The notes beneath the pieces were generated by a model. The model worked only from the letters and a program-made list of their open reading frames with translations. It did not search any database and had not been told where the DNA came from. DNA of 24,000 nucleotides from an uncultured Planctomycetia bacterium (lineage in GTDB: Bacteria > Omnitrophota > Gorgyraeia > Duberdicusellales > 4484-171), in assembly GCA_964536865.1 (NCBI GenBank), contig CAZHYN010000013.1, forward strand, positions 19,100-43,099, given 5' to 3'. Made by a program: the position numbers and the translations under genes. This document shows, in pieces, positions 14,012 to 22,620 of the stretch (its first letter is position 1; each line of letters opens with the position of its first letter).

Positions 14012-14263
14012 ATGCCTATATATCTTTATCGTGTTGATAAAGGGGAGAAAGGGTGTAAATTATGTAAGATAGGATTGGAGGTTCTTCAGAAAGTAGGAGA
14101 AAAACCTCTTAAAAGATGTCCTAAATGTGGAAGTAAGCTTAGAAAAGTATTTTCTACCTTTTCTTTGGGTTTTTCCAAAACAGGGTTGGAAAGAAGAGCA
14201 AAGGAAGCAGGGTTTCATAAGTTAAAGCGAGTAGATAAGGGAAAGTATGAGAAGCTATATTAG
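14012..14263 (+). CDS. FmdB-family zinc-ribbon protein with basic C-terminal extension
   Basis: MPIYLYR...CKLC...LEVLQKVGEKPLKRCPKCGSKLRKVFS resembles the FmdB signature (MPIYEYxC..CG..FE.lq....pl..CP.CG). ATG 14012 is chosen instead of the upstream TTG 13976. Confidence 0.65.
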   Translation: MPIYLYRVDKGEKGCKLCKIGLEVLQKVGEKPLKRCPKCGSKLRKVFSTFSLGFSKTGLERRAKEAGFHKLKRVDKGKYEKLY

Positions 14264-14274
14264 AGACCACTAAG

Positions 14275-14697
14275 TTGTATAGAAAATTATCTACTTATCT
14301 TCTTGAGATTAATAATAAGACAGAGAAGGAAATAAATATTGGAAGACTGGGGAAGATAGAGTTTAAAAAGGGAACCTATCTCTATGTTGGTTCAGCAAAG
14401 AAAGGTTTAGTCTCTCGTCTAAGGAGACATCTATCTAGAAAGAAAAGATTATTCTGGCATATAGATTACTTTCTAAATGAGAAGGAAGTATCTGTAGAGA
14501 AGATTTGGCTTACTTATTTAGATGAGTGTCTTACATCAAAACTTATCTCTGAAAGTGTAGAAGTAGTAAAAGGATTTGGCTCTTCCGATTGTCAATGTTT
14601 AGGACATCTTTTCTACTTAGGAAGAAGTAAAATAAGGAAAAACCTAAAAGACAAACTTAAACTAGAGTCAGTGGGAAAAAGGGATTTGGTTGCTTAG
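14275..14697 (+). CDS. DUF123 / GIY-YIG (Uri) superfamily nuclease-like protein
   Basis: GTYLYVGSAKKGLVSRLRRHL...FWHIDYF and GFGSSDCQCLGHLFY match the DUF123 pattern. The TTG start is uncertain. Confidence 0.6.
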   Translation: MYRKLSTYLLEINNKTEKEINIGRLGKIEFKKGTYLYVGSAKKGLVSRLRRHLSRKKRLFWHIDYFLNEKEVSVEKIWLTYLDECLTSKLISESVEVVKGFGSSDCQCLGHLFYLGRSKIRKNLKDKLKLESVGKRDLVA

Positions 14698-14825
14698 AAA
14701 AAATTTGAAGAAAAATTATTCGGATAGCTTAAATTATGGTACAATTATAGTCTCTATTTTGTGTAGGTTTACTTAGTAACTTAGTAAAGGTAAAGTTTAG
14801 TAAGTTTATATTTAATGTAGGAAGA

Positions 14826-15182
14826 ATGATAGAAAGAAGAAAATATCGAAGAGCGAGAGATGGAGCACGAGTTATCTTCAAAATTTTAAATAAGAAGGGG
14901 GAGATAGAACTTGATACTATCGACGTTGGAGCAGGAGGGATGTGCATTCCTTTAAAAGAAAGAGTTAACCCCAACACTCTCATAGAGATAGGATTAATCC
15001 TTCCCGGAGAAAAGAAACCTTTTTACGTATTTGCTGAAGTTAGATGGCAGGCAAGATTACCTAAAAGAGATGATAGAGGTAATTTATATTTTCCTACTGG
15101 GGTAATGTTTCTAAAAATGAATAAAGATGAGAGAAAAAAACTCATCCAGCATATCTACCATTCTACTAGAGAAAAAGAGTAG
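14826..15182 (+). CDS. PilZ domain protein (third in window)
   Basis: RRKYRR (RxxxR) and DVGAGG (DxSxxG variant with G in place of S), in a 118-aa protein. Confidence 0.75.
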   Translation: MIERRKYRRARDGARVIFKILNKKGEIELDTIDVGAGGMCIPLKERVNPNTLIEIGLILPGEKKPFYVFAEVRWQARLPKRDDRGNLYFPTGVMFLKMNKDERKKLIQHIYHSTREKE

Positions 15183-15199
15183 CCGAATCTGTTAGCTCT

Positions 15200-16132
15200 A
15201 TGAGTTACCTTTACGGTCCAGTGTACTCACGAAGATTAGGGCTTTCTTTAGGAGTTGATCCATTCTCCAGGAAAGTATGTAGCTTCGATTGCGTTTACTG
15301 TCAGTTAGGCCCCACCCCTAGAAAAACCGTAGTTAGAAGAGGAGGAATTGATTTACAGAAAGTAAGAGAAGAGTTAGAGAATATTTTGAAGAGTAAAACA
15401 AAAATAGATTATATTACTATCTCTGGATCAGGGGAACCAACTCTCATTAAAAATCTAGATAAACTAATAAGACTGATAGGGAAGATTTGTAAGTATAAAT
15501 ATCCTATTTGTGTAATAACTAATTCTTCTCTTCTCTATAGAGAAGATGTAAGAAATCAATTAAGAGATGCAGATTTAGTGATTCCCTCTTTAGATGCTCC
15601 TAATCAAGAAATTTTTCAAAAGATTAACAGACCCCATCCTCTAGTTACGTTAGATAAGATAGTTAAGGGACTTATAGAGTTTAGGAAGGAATATAGAGGG
15701 AAGATATGGTTAGAGATTATGTTAGTTAAAGGAATTAATGATAAAGAGAATTTTGCTTACCAATTTAAGAGAATAATTCCTGAGATTGATCCTGATAGAG
15801 TGCAAATTAATATCCCTATAAGAGCTATTCCTTACCTTAAGAAAAGTTTACTCCCTTCTCCCAAGGTTATATATCAGTTTAAGAAAATTCTAGGGAAAAA
15901 TTGTCAGGTTGTTAGCTTCAGAAAAGTTAAAGTTAAAAAGATAAGGACTTTTATAGATAAGAATCTAGTATTTGCCTCTTTAAAAAGAAGGCCTCAAAGT
16001 ATTGAGGAGTTGAGTGTATCTTTAGGAGCAGAATCAGAAGTGATTGAAAAATGTGTTAGAAGTCTCCTAAAAGATAAAAAAGTAAGAGAAGTTATGAGAG
16101 GGAATAGAAGATATTTAATGATTAAAAGATGA
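15200..16132 (+). CDS. Radical SAM protein (COG0731-like) with a possible C-terminal winged-helix segment
   Basis: CX3CX2C cluster motif CSFDCVYC preceded by YGPVYSRRLGLSLGVD, plus GSGEPTL. The stop TGA 16130-16132 overlaps the next gene's ATG 16129-16131 (ATGA). Confidence 0.8.
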   Translation: MSYLYGPVYSRRLGLSLGVDPFSRKVCSFDCVYCQLGPTPRKTVVRRGGIDLQKVREELENILKSKTKIDYITISGSGEPTLIKNLDKLIRLIGKICKYKYPICVITNSSLLYREDVRNQLRDADLVIPSLDAPNQEIFQKINRPHPLVTLDKIVKGLIEFRKEYRGKIWLEIMLVKGINDKENFAYQFKRIIPEIDPDRVQINIPIRAIPYLKKSLLPSPKVIYQFKKILGKNCQVVSFRKVKVKKIRTFIDKNLVFASLKRRPQSIEELSVSLGAESEVIEKCVRSLLKDKKVREVMRGNRRYLMIKR

Positions 16133-16784
16133 TAAGAGAGAATGTAGAAAGGATACTAAGACAAATACCCTCTTATGTAGAGGTGGTAGTAGCAACGAAA
16201 AAAGAATTCCCTCCGAGATTTTAGAGGCTATCACTGCAGGAATAAAGATAATAGGGGAAAATTATGTTCAGGAGGCAGAGAAAAAGATAGAAGTAATAGG
16301 TAACAAGAATGTGGATTGGCACCTTATTGGTCATCTTCAGAAAAATAAAGTGAAAAAAGCGGTGAGACTATTTGATATGATACAGACTTTGGATTCTATA
16401 GAGTTAGCACAACTTCTAGATAAGGAGTGTAAAAGGATAGGAAAAATTATGCCTGTTCTAATTGAAATAAATATTGCTAAGGAGTCTGCCAAAGCTGGTA
16501 TATTTCCCGATGATTTGGATAATCTTGTTAAGGAGATTTTACCGTTAGAGAATTTAAAGGTGATGGGCCTTATGACTATGGGGCCATCAGTTGAACACCC
16601 CCATCAGTTAAGGCCTTACTTTAGAGAGATAAAGAAGTTGTTTGATGGTATCAAAGAAGAGTATCCTGCTCTTTCCGATTTTAAATATCTTTCTATGGGT
16701 ATGAGTTCTAGTTTCAAGGTAGCGATAGAGGAAGGAGCAAACATGATAAGGTTGGGTACAGTTATTTTTGGTCCTCGGGAGTGA
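16129..16784 (+). pseudogene. yggS: YggS/PLPBP-family pyridoxal-phosphate homeostasis protein, interrupted by a frameshift in an A6 run
   Basis: Frame 1 from ATG 16129 reads MIRENVERILRQIPSYVEVVVATKK, then hits TAG 16222-16224. Frame 3 continues from 16203 as RIPSEILEAITAGIKIIGENYVQEAEKK...HLIGHLQKNK...LSMGMSSSFKVAIEEGANMIRLGTVIFG. One extra A in A6 (16198-16203) would join them. Confidence 0.8.
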
Positions 16785-17491
16785 TGAGATTAAGGGTTCT
16801 GTTTGACAAAGAAGTTATGAATCAAAGTTTTGAAGGGGGTTGGGGTGTTTCTTATCTTGTAGATGATGATCTTCTTTTCGATACGGGAGAAAAGTTTTCC
16901 TATATTGAGAAGAATAGTAAACTAATGGGTATAGATTTAATGGGGATAACCAAGGTAGTTATTTCTCATCAACATTGGGATCACACCCAGGGATTAGATG
17001 GTTTTTTGGAGATAAATAAAGACATTACCGTTTATGTGTGCGCCCACTCTAGCAAAGATTTTAAGGATCGTATTCTAAAACGGAAAGCGAAGTTAGTAGA
17101 AGTGAAAGATGTAGTTAGCATAAAAGAAGGGATATACTCCAGTGGGGAGTGTCTTGCTTCTTATAAAGGAAAAGGGATTGCTGAACAAAGTTTGATAATT
17201 GATAGAGGCAAGGATTTAGTTTTACTCTGTGGATGTGCTCACTTTGGTTTGCTAAATATTATAGAAAAAGTAAGGAAGAGTTTCAATAAAGATATATATT
17301 GTTTAATAGGAGGATTTCATCTTATGGATAAAGAGAAAAGGTTTATTGAGTATATAGTTAGGGAATGTAGAAAAACAGTAAAGAAGATAGCACCTTCTCA
17401 CTGTACAGGATTTCTTGCTGTTTCTTTATTTCGGGAGGTTTTTAAGGGGGATTTCTTGGAGATAAAAGTAGGTAAAGAGATAGAATTTTAA
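16784..17491 (+). CDS. MBL-fold metallo-hydrolase (COG1237-like)
   Basis: HxHxDH motif ISHQHWDHTQG, with downstream GCAH and GGFHL. ATG 16784 shares a base with the yggS TGA (TGATG); GTG 16781 is an alternative start. Confidence 0.75.
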   Translation: MRLRVLFDKEVMNQSFEGGWGVSYLVDDDLLFDTGEKFSYIEKNSKLMGIDLMGITKVVISHQHWDHTQGLDGFLEINKDITVYVCAHSSKDFKDRILKRKAKLVEVKDVVSIKEGIYSSGECLASYKGKGIAEQSLIIDRGKDLVLLCGCAHFGLLNIIEKVRKSFNKDIYCLIGGFHLMDKEKRFIEYIVRECRKTVKKIAPSHCTGFLAVSLFREVFKGDFLEIKVGKEIEF

Positions 17492-17578
17492 AGATATGGA
17501 GATTGTTTTTCATTCTCTAAAGCAGGCTTTAATAATTCATCTTTTCTGTTCTCTTAACTATTTTTACCATATGTATTT

Positions 17579-17610
17579 AGTTTCTATCTTTAAAAGTTTC
17601 TATCTTTAAA
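17579..17610. repeat. Tandem direct repeat, 2 x 16 bp (AGTTTCTATCTTTAAA), with a third CTATCTT core at 17618-17624
   Basis: Read directly: 17579-17594 and 17595-17610 are identical. They lie in the 271-bp gap upstream of mpg. Confidence 0.6.
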
Positions 17611-17762
17611 AAGAGAACTATCTTATTCATCAAGGAGGCAAGTTATTCCTTGGAAGGTTATTATATCTGAATCTATGAGCTTGAAAGGCTAAAAAATCTA
17701 TTTTTAAGTCGATTGTGTTAGAAGATTTGAGAGATTTTAAAATTAGTCTCTTAAGGAAACGT

Positions 17763-18344
17763 ATGCGAACAAAACATTTCTTTCTTAATCAGGCTCCTTA
17801 CGTTGCTTACCATCTTTTGGGTGATTACATAGTAGTTGCTAAAGGGAGAAAGAATTTAGTAGGGAGAATTGTAGAGACAGAAGCCTACCTGGGTGTAGAG
17901 GATGATGCTTCTCATGCTTTTGGCGGCAAAATCACTTCTAGAAATAAATTTCTCTACCAAGAAGGGGGTATAATTTATGTATATTTAATTTATGGAAAAT
18001 TTTGGTGTTTTAACGTGGTAGTTTCAAGAAAAGGGGATCCCCAAGCAGTGTTTATTAGAGCTATCCAGCCTCTTAGGGGGGTAGAGATTATGAGGAAGAA
18101 CAGAGGAGGAAGAGATCAGAGAGAGCTCACTAACGGCCCGGGGCGATGGACACAAGCCTTGGGTATTGATGGAAGATTATTAGGCAGAAGTATTACCTCT
18201 ACAGACTTTTTTATTTCCACAGGCCTCTATAAAGGATTTTCTGTAGTAAGAACGAAGAGAATAGGAGTTGATTATGCTGTTCGTTGTAAGGATCTTCCTT
18301 TGAGATACTATATTAAAAATAATCTCTTTGTTTCAGTGAAATAG
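17763..18344 (+). CDS. mpg: DNA-3-methyladenine (3-methylpurine) glycosylase, Mpg/AAG family
   Basis: GRIVETEAYLGVEDDASHAFGGKITSRN, YVYLIYG, FIRAIQP and LTNGPG are hallmarks of PF02245-type glycosylases. ATG 17763 (preceded by AAGGA) gives the typical ~193 aa; the ORF-track GTG 17715 adds 16 unconserved residues. Confidence 0.85.
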   Translation: MRTKHFFLNQAPYVAYHLLGDYIVVAKGRKNLVGRIVETEAYLGVEDDASHAFGGKITSRNKFLYQEGGIIYVYLIYGKFWCFNVVVSRKGDPQAVFIRAIQPLRGVEIMRKNRGGRDQRELTNGPGRWTQALGIDGRLLGRSITSTDFFISTGLYKGFSVVRTKRIGVDYAVRCKDLPLRYYIKNNLFVSVK

Positions 18345-18345
18345 T

Positions 18346-19659
18346 TTAGGTAGTAAACCCCGAACCCCGCCCTTTCCTTGAAAGGGTGGGGTTCGGGGTA
18401 AATTTCTTGTTGAGTTCTCGTACGTAGTTCTTCATTTGGTAGAAATCTCTAAATTTATCTTCGAAGAAGATAAATATAGAATTATTGTGGAGAAGGGGTT
18501 CTTTCAACTTCTCCTGATATAGCTTAAATAGATCCGTTCCGGGTACAGGAGAGTATTCTGCCAGAGAAACTTTTGCCCCTAAAGAATGTAGAAAATCGAT
18601 TTCTTTCTTAAGCTCTTCTAAATTTTGGTTAGGATAGCCTAGAAGAAGGTATACACTGAATTCCCCTTCTTTAAATCCTCCCTTTTTTAAAAAATCTATT
18701 CCTTTAACTACTTCTTCAGTAGTTACTTTGTCCCCCCACATTTTTTGTAAATTTCTGTTAAGCGTTTCTAAGCCAAAGTGGATATTAACGAATCCCAATT
18801 TCTTTAAAAGGTAAGCAATTTCTTCATCAAGGAATCTAAAATGGAGGGCGTTGGGAGTGTGAAAATTTGCTTTAATCTTTAGAGTTTCTAATTTTCTTAA
18901 TAAACTTTTCACTTTATCTTTAGAATAAAGAAAAGCATCATCATAGAGAACAAAATTTCTTATACCTTTACTGTAATGGTAGGAGATAAATTCAATAATT
19001 TTTTCCTCTGGTAGCCGTAAGAATCCATCAAATAATTTCTTTATGGCACAATAGCTGCAGTTGAACGGACATCCCCATGAGGTTCTTACTACTACATAAT
19101 CTAGATGAGAGTAGAAGTGTTCGTAATCAGGGAGAGTGAAGTAAAATTCTTTAAAGTCAAAAGGGACATTTAATAATTCAAAGAAAGTTTGTAAATCTTG
19201 ATTCTTAAATATATAATCGCAAGAAATGTTAGCTTTGGCATGGTGATACATTAAAGTGGGATAAATCCCTCCAAGAATTATTTTTGTAGAGAATCGCTCT
19301 CTAATAATTTCTACTAACTGACGTATTCCCCAGTACCAATAAGTCATAGAGGATGTGAGGAGAATAAACTTAGGGTTCTGATGGGGGAGTAGCTTAAGGA
19401 ATTCTTGGGGAGTAATCCCATACCTTTTGAAATAACGAGGTACTGAATTTAAGAGTGGCGGCTTAGAGACAATTTCAGAATAGTATTTGCCTCTTCCAAA
19501 ATTGTCTACAGTTGTTTTTTTCTCTAAACAGTCTAAGTATGTTATTCCTACTCCTTTATTCTTAAGGTAGGTTAAAATTACCAAAAATCCGTAAGGTTTG
19601 AGCCAAAAGTCGTAGGCAGCGAAATCGTAAATCCAGGGATTTATTGCTAAGATTTGCAT
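18346..19659 (-). CDS. B12-binding-domain radical SAM protein (class B-like)
   Basis: The N-terminal Rossmann-like region (ILAINPWIYDFAAYDF..., FILLTSSMTYWYWG) precedes the CX3CX2C motif WGCPFNCSYC. The last 14 codons run through the hairpin at 18357-18399. Confidence 0.8.
   Translation of the reverse strand: MQILAINPWIYDFAAYDFWLKPYGFLVILTYLKNKGVGITYLDCLEKKTTVDNFGRGKYYSEIVSKPPLLNSVPRYFKRYGITPQEFLKLLPHQNPKFILLTSSMTYWYWGIRQLVEIIRERFSTKIILGGIYPTLMYHHAKANISCDYIFKNQDLQTFFELLNVPFDFKEFYFTLPDYEHFYSHLDYVVVRTSWGCPFNCSYCAIKKLFDGFLRLPEEKIIEFISYHYSKGIRNFVLYDDAFLYSKDKVKSLLRKLETLKIKANFHTPNALHFRFLDEEIAYLLKKLGFVNIHFGLETLNRNLQKMWGDKVTTEEVVKGIDFLKKGGFKEGEFSVYLLLGYPNQNLEELKKEIDFLHSLGAKVSLAEYSPVPGTDLFKLYQEKLKEPLLHNNSIFIFFEDKFRDFYQMKNYVRELNKKFTPNPTLSRKGRGSGFTT
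18357..18399. terminator. GC-rich 19-bp hairpin between/over convergent mpg and radical SAM genes (probable bidirectional terminator)
   Basis: ACCCCGAACCCCGCCCTTT (18357-18375) pairs with AAAGGGTGGGGTTCGGGGT (18381-18399), with one G:U pair and a 5-nt loop. It is a striking GC island in AT-rich DNA, but neither side has a clean U-tract. Confidence 0.5.
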
Positions 19660-19728
19660 TACTAGTCAGTATTTTATTATAATTTTATCACCAAGGCAAT
19701 CATCCCTTATGATATAATAGAAAGTAAA

Positions 19729-20715
19729 ATGGTAGAGGAGACTTTCCTAAAGGCTTTATCCCGACATCAACTCTTAAGATCAAGAGATAAAGTTATCTTG
19801 GGAGTTTCGGGGGGGCCAGATTCGGTATGTATGCTTTATCTTTTCTCTCAGATAAGAGATAAGTTCAAACTTAAATTACTGTGTGCACATTTTAATCACT
19901 GTTTGAGAGAAGAAGCAAAGAGTGAAGAGGAGTTTGTGGAAAAGATATGTAACCAATGGAAGATAGATTTTGTGAGTGAGAAAAAAGATGTTAAGAAATT
20001 TTTTAATGGAAACTCTTTAGAACAGACTGCTCGAAATCTAAGATTCGATTTCTTTTTAAAGTGTGCAAGGAGATATAAATTTAAAAAGTTAGCATTGGCT
20101 CATAACAAAGATGATGTAATAGAAACTATTCTTATGAGAATAATAAGAGGAGCAGCCCTTAAGGGTTTAAGGGGGATATCGCCGAAAACAAAATTTAAAA
20201 ATATTATTATAGTGAGACCACTTATTGAGATAAGAAAAAAAGAAATTTTAGATTGGCTGAAGAAAAAAAATATCCCTTACCGAGTAGATAGAAGTAACTT
20301 TGAAGATAAGTTTTTCAGGAACAAAATAAGGTTGAAACTTCTTCCTATTTTAGAAGAGTTTAACCCCAATATAGTTAATGTGCTCTTTACCTTGGCAAAA
20401 GCTACCTCTTTAGATTACGAGTTTATTTATTCCTTTACTAAAGAACAGTTTGCTCATCTAAAAAAACAGAGAGGGAAAGGATATATAAGGCTAAATATAG
20501 ATGAGATAAAAAAACTTCCTGAGTCTATAATAGTTAATCTCTTGCGATTAGCGGTAGAGGAAGTTAAAGGAGATACTAGGAGATTAACATTCAGGCATTT
20601 TGAGCAAGCTCTAGAGTTAATTCACAGGAAGGATTCCTATGGGAGTTTGGATTTACCACTCTTGGAGGTGAAAAAAGAGGATAGATGGCTTACAATCAAG
20701 TCCTTGCTTTTTTGA
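19729..20715 (+). CDS. tilS: tRNA(Ile)-lysidine synthase (short form)
   Basis: PP-loop ILGVSGGPDSVCML; LALAHNKDDVIETILMRIIRG; conserved position upstream of ftsH. Confidence 0.9.
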   Translation: MVEETFLKALSRHQLLRSRDKVILGVSGGPDSVCMLYLFSQIRDKFKLKLLCAHFNHCLREEAKSEEEFVEKICNQWKIDFVSEKKDVKKFFNGNSLEQTARNLRFDFFLKCARRYKFKKLALAHNKDDVIETILMRIIRGAALKGLRGISPKTKFKNIIIVRPLIEIRKKEILDWLKKKNIPYRVDRSNFEDKFFRNKIRLKLLPILEEFNPNIVNVLFTLAKATSLDYEFIYSFTKEQFAHLKKQRGKGYIRLNIDEIKKLPESIIVNLLRLAVEEVKGDTRRLTFRHFEQALELIHRKDSYGSLDLPLLEVKKEDRWLTIKSLLF

Positions 20716-20739
20716 AAGTATAAATTATAATGAATAGGT

Positions 20740-22614
20740 ATGAATAACCGAAGCGGTAAAGATAAGAGACCTTCTTCTGAATTCAAATTTATGAAGGGGA
20801 TAATTCTCTGGCTCCTTTTATTTTTAGGATTAATGTGGCTTTTTAGTTCCCTCCTTCCAAACTTTATGGGAACGGTAGAAAAGTTGAACTATAACGAGTT
20901 CTATTATCTTTTAGAGAATAATTTAAAAGAATCTAATATAGAATGGGTTAAGAAGACCGATAACTTGATTCAAGGACAATTTACCTCACGGAGGGGAGGG
21001 AAGAGATTCTATGTTTATGTTCCTCAGGAAGACAAAGAGCTTATTAAGTTGCTTAAGAGGAATGTTAAAAAATTTGAGATAGAACCTCCCAAGACTATTT
21101 GGGCGAATCTTTTTTACTCTTTAGGACCGATGATTTTGATTATTCTGTTCCTTTGGTACTTTGCCTACCGAGGTTCTCAAATAGGCTCTCGAGTATGGTC
21201 ATTTGGGAGAGCAAGGACTCATATGATTGAAAAGGGAAAGACGCCTAAAGTTACTTTCCGGGATGTGGCAGGAATAGACGAAGCTAAAGAAGAGTTAGGA
21301 GAGGTAATTGAGTTTTTAAAAGACCCTAAGAGATTTCAAAGACTAGGAGGGAGGATTCCTAAAGGAGTTATCCTAGTAGGTCCTCCGGGCTGTGGGAAGA
21401 CTTTATTAGCTAAGGCTGTAGCGGGAGAAGCAGATGTACCTTTTTTTAGTATAAGTGGCTCTGATTTTGTTGAACTCTTTGTAGGGGTAGGAGCAAGTAG
21501 GGTACGTGATCTTTTCGACCAGGCCAAAAAAGCAGCTAAATTAGGAGGAAGAGGAGCAATTATTTTTATTGACGAAATAGATGCTGTAGGGAGGCAGCGC
21601 TTTGCAGGAATTGGAGGAGGGCATGATGAAAGAGAGCAAACATTAAATCAGTTACTAGTTGAGATGGATGGATTTCAGACCGAAGAGGGAATTATCGTGT
21701 TAGCAGCTACCAACCGTCCCGATGTTTTAGATCCTGCTTTACTTAGACCAGGAAGATTTGATAGGCACATTGTTATTGATGCTCCAGATATAAAAGGAAG
21801 AGAAGAGATATTGAGAGTGCATACCCGAAAGATAAAATTAGCCAGCGATGTAGATCTAAATGTGCTTGCTAAACAAACTCCAGGATTCTCTGGTGCAGAT
21901 TTAGAGAACCTTTGTAATGAAGCAGCCCTTTTAGCAGCAAGGAAGGGGAAAGAGGCAGTGGAAATGGAGGAGCTGCAGGAAGCAATAGAAAGAGTGGTAG
22001 CTGGTCCTCAAAGAAAGAGTAAGGTAATTTCTAAAAAAGAGAAAGAGATCATTGCCTATCATGAGGCAGGACATGCTCTCCTTTCCTTATACCTTCCTGG
22101 GGTAGATCCTCTTCATAAGGTTTCCATTGTGCCTAGGGGGGTGAGTGCTTTAGGGTATACTATGCAGTTACCTTCTCAAGACAGGTACATTTTGACAAAG
22201 TCAGAACTTCTGGACAGAATATGTGTTTTGTTAGGGGGAAGGGCTTCTGAGGAGTTAATTTTAAAAGATATTACTAGTGGTGCACAGAATGATTTAGAGA
22301 TGGCTACAAAGCTTGCTCGGAGGATGGTTACGGAGCTGGGGATGAGTTCCAAACTGGGCCATCTTACCTTAGGGAAAAAAGAAGGATCGGTATTCTTAGG
22401 TAGAGATCTCATAGAGCGGAAAGATTACTCTGATGAGACAGCAAGATTAATAGACCAGGAGGTCAAGAAAATCGTTGATGAGGCCTACGATAAGGCCAAG
22501 AGAATAATAGGAGAACATTTAGACAAACTTAAGCTTTTAGCAACTAAACTCTTAGAAAAAGAGGTATTAGATTCTCAGGAAGTAAAGGAAATTGTAGGAT
22601 TTGAGAATGCCTAA
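20740..22614 (+). CDS. ftsH: ATP-dependent zinc metalloprotease FtsH
   Basis: Two N-terminal TM helices, Walker A GPPGCGKT, Walker [33 protein letters not shown], zinc site HEAGHA. Confidence 0.95.
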   Translation: MNNRSGKDKRPSSEFKFMKGIILWLLLFLGLMWLFSSLLPNFMGTVEKLNYNEFYYLLENNLKESNIEWVKKTDNLIQGQFTSRRGGKRFYVYVPQEDKELIKLLKRNVKKFEIEPPKTIWANLFYSLGPMILIILFLWYFAYRGSQIGSRVWSFGRARTHMIEKGKTPKVTFRDVAGIDEAKEELGEVIEFLKDPKRFQRLGGRIPKGVILVGPPGCGKTLLAKAVAGEADVPFFSISGSDFVELFVGVGASRVRDLFDQAKKAAKLGGRGAIIFIDEIDAVGRQRFAGIGGGHDEREQTLNQLLVEMDGFQTEEGIIVLAATNRPDVLDPALLRPGRFDRHIVIDAPDIKGREEILRVHTRKIKLASDVDLNVLAKQTPGFSGADLENLCNEAALLAARKGKEAVEMEELQEAIERVVAGPQRKSKVISKKEKEIIAYHEAGHALLSLYLPGVDPLHKVSIVPRGVSALGYTMQLPSQDRYILTKSELLDRICVLLGGRASEELILKDITSGAQNDLEMATKLARRMVTELGMSSKLGHLTLGKKEGSVFLGRDLIERKDYSDETARLIDQEVKKIVDEAYDKAKRIIGEHLDKLKLLATKLLEKEVLDSQEVKEIVGFENA

Positions 22615-22620
22615 TTTTAG

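Noticed and set aside
13909-15200. Genomic island integrated at ssrA
   Set aside because: No integrase or recombinase, no direct repeat of the tmRNA 3' end, and no visible compositional shift. It is retained only as a low-interest note.
17632-17690. Small ORF after the AAGGAGG at 17632-17638 in the mpg upstream gap
   Set aside because: No ATG or GTG lies at suitable spacing. The only candidate (TTG about 12 nt downstream) gives a 6-codon peptide, so the SD-like sequence is probably fortuitous.
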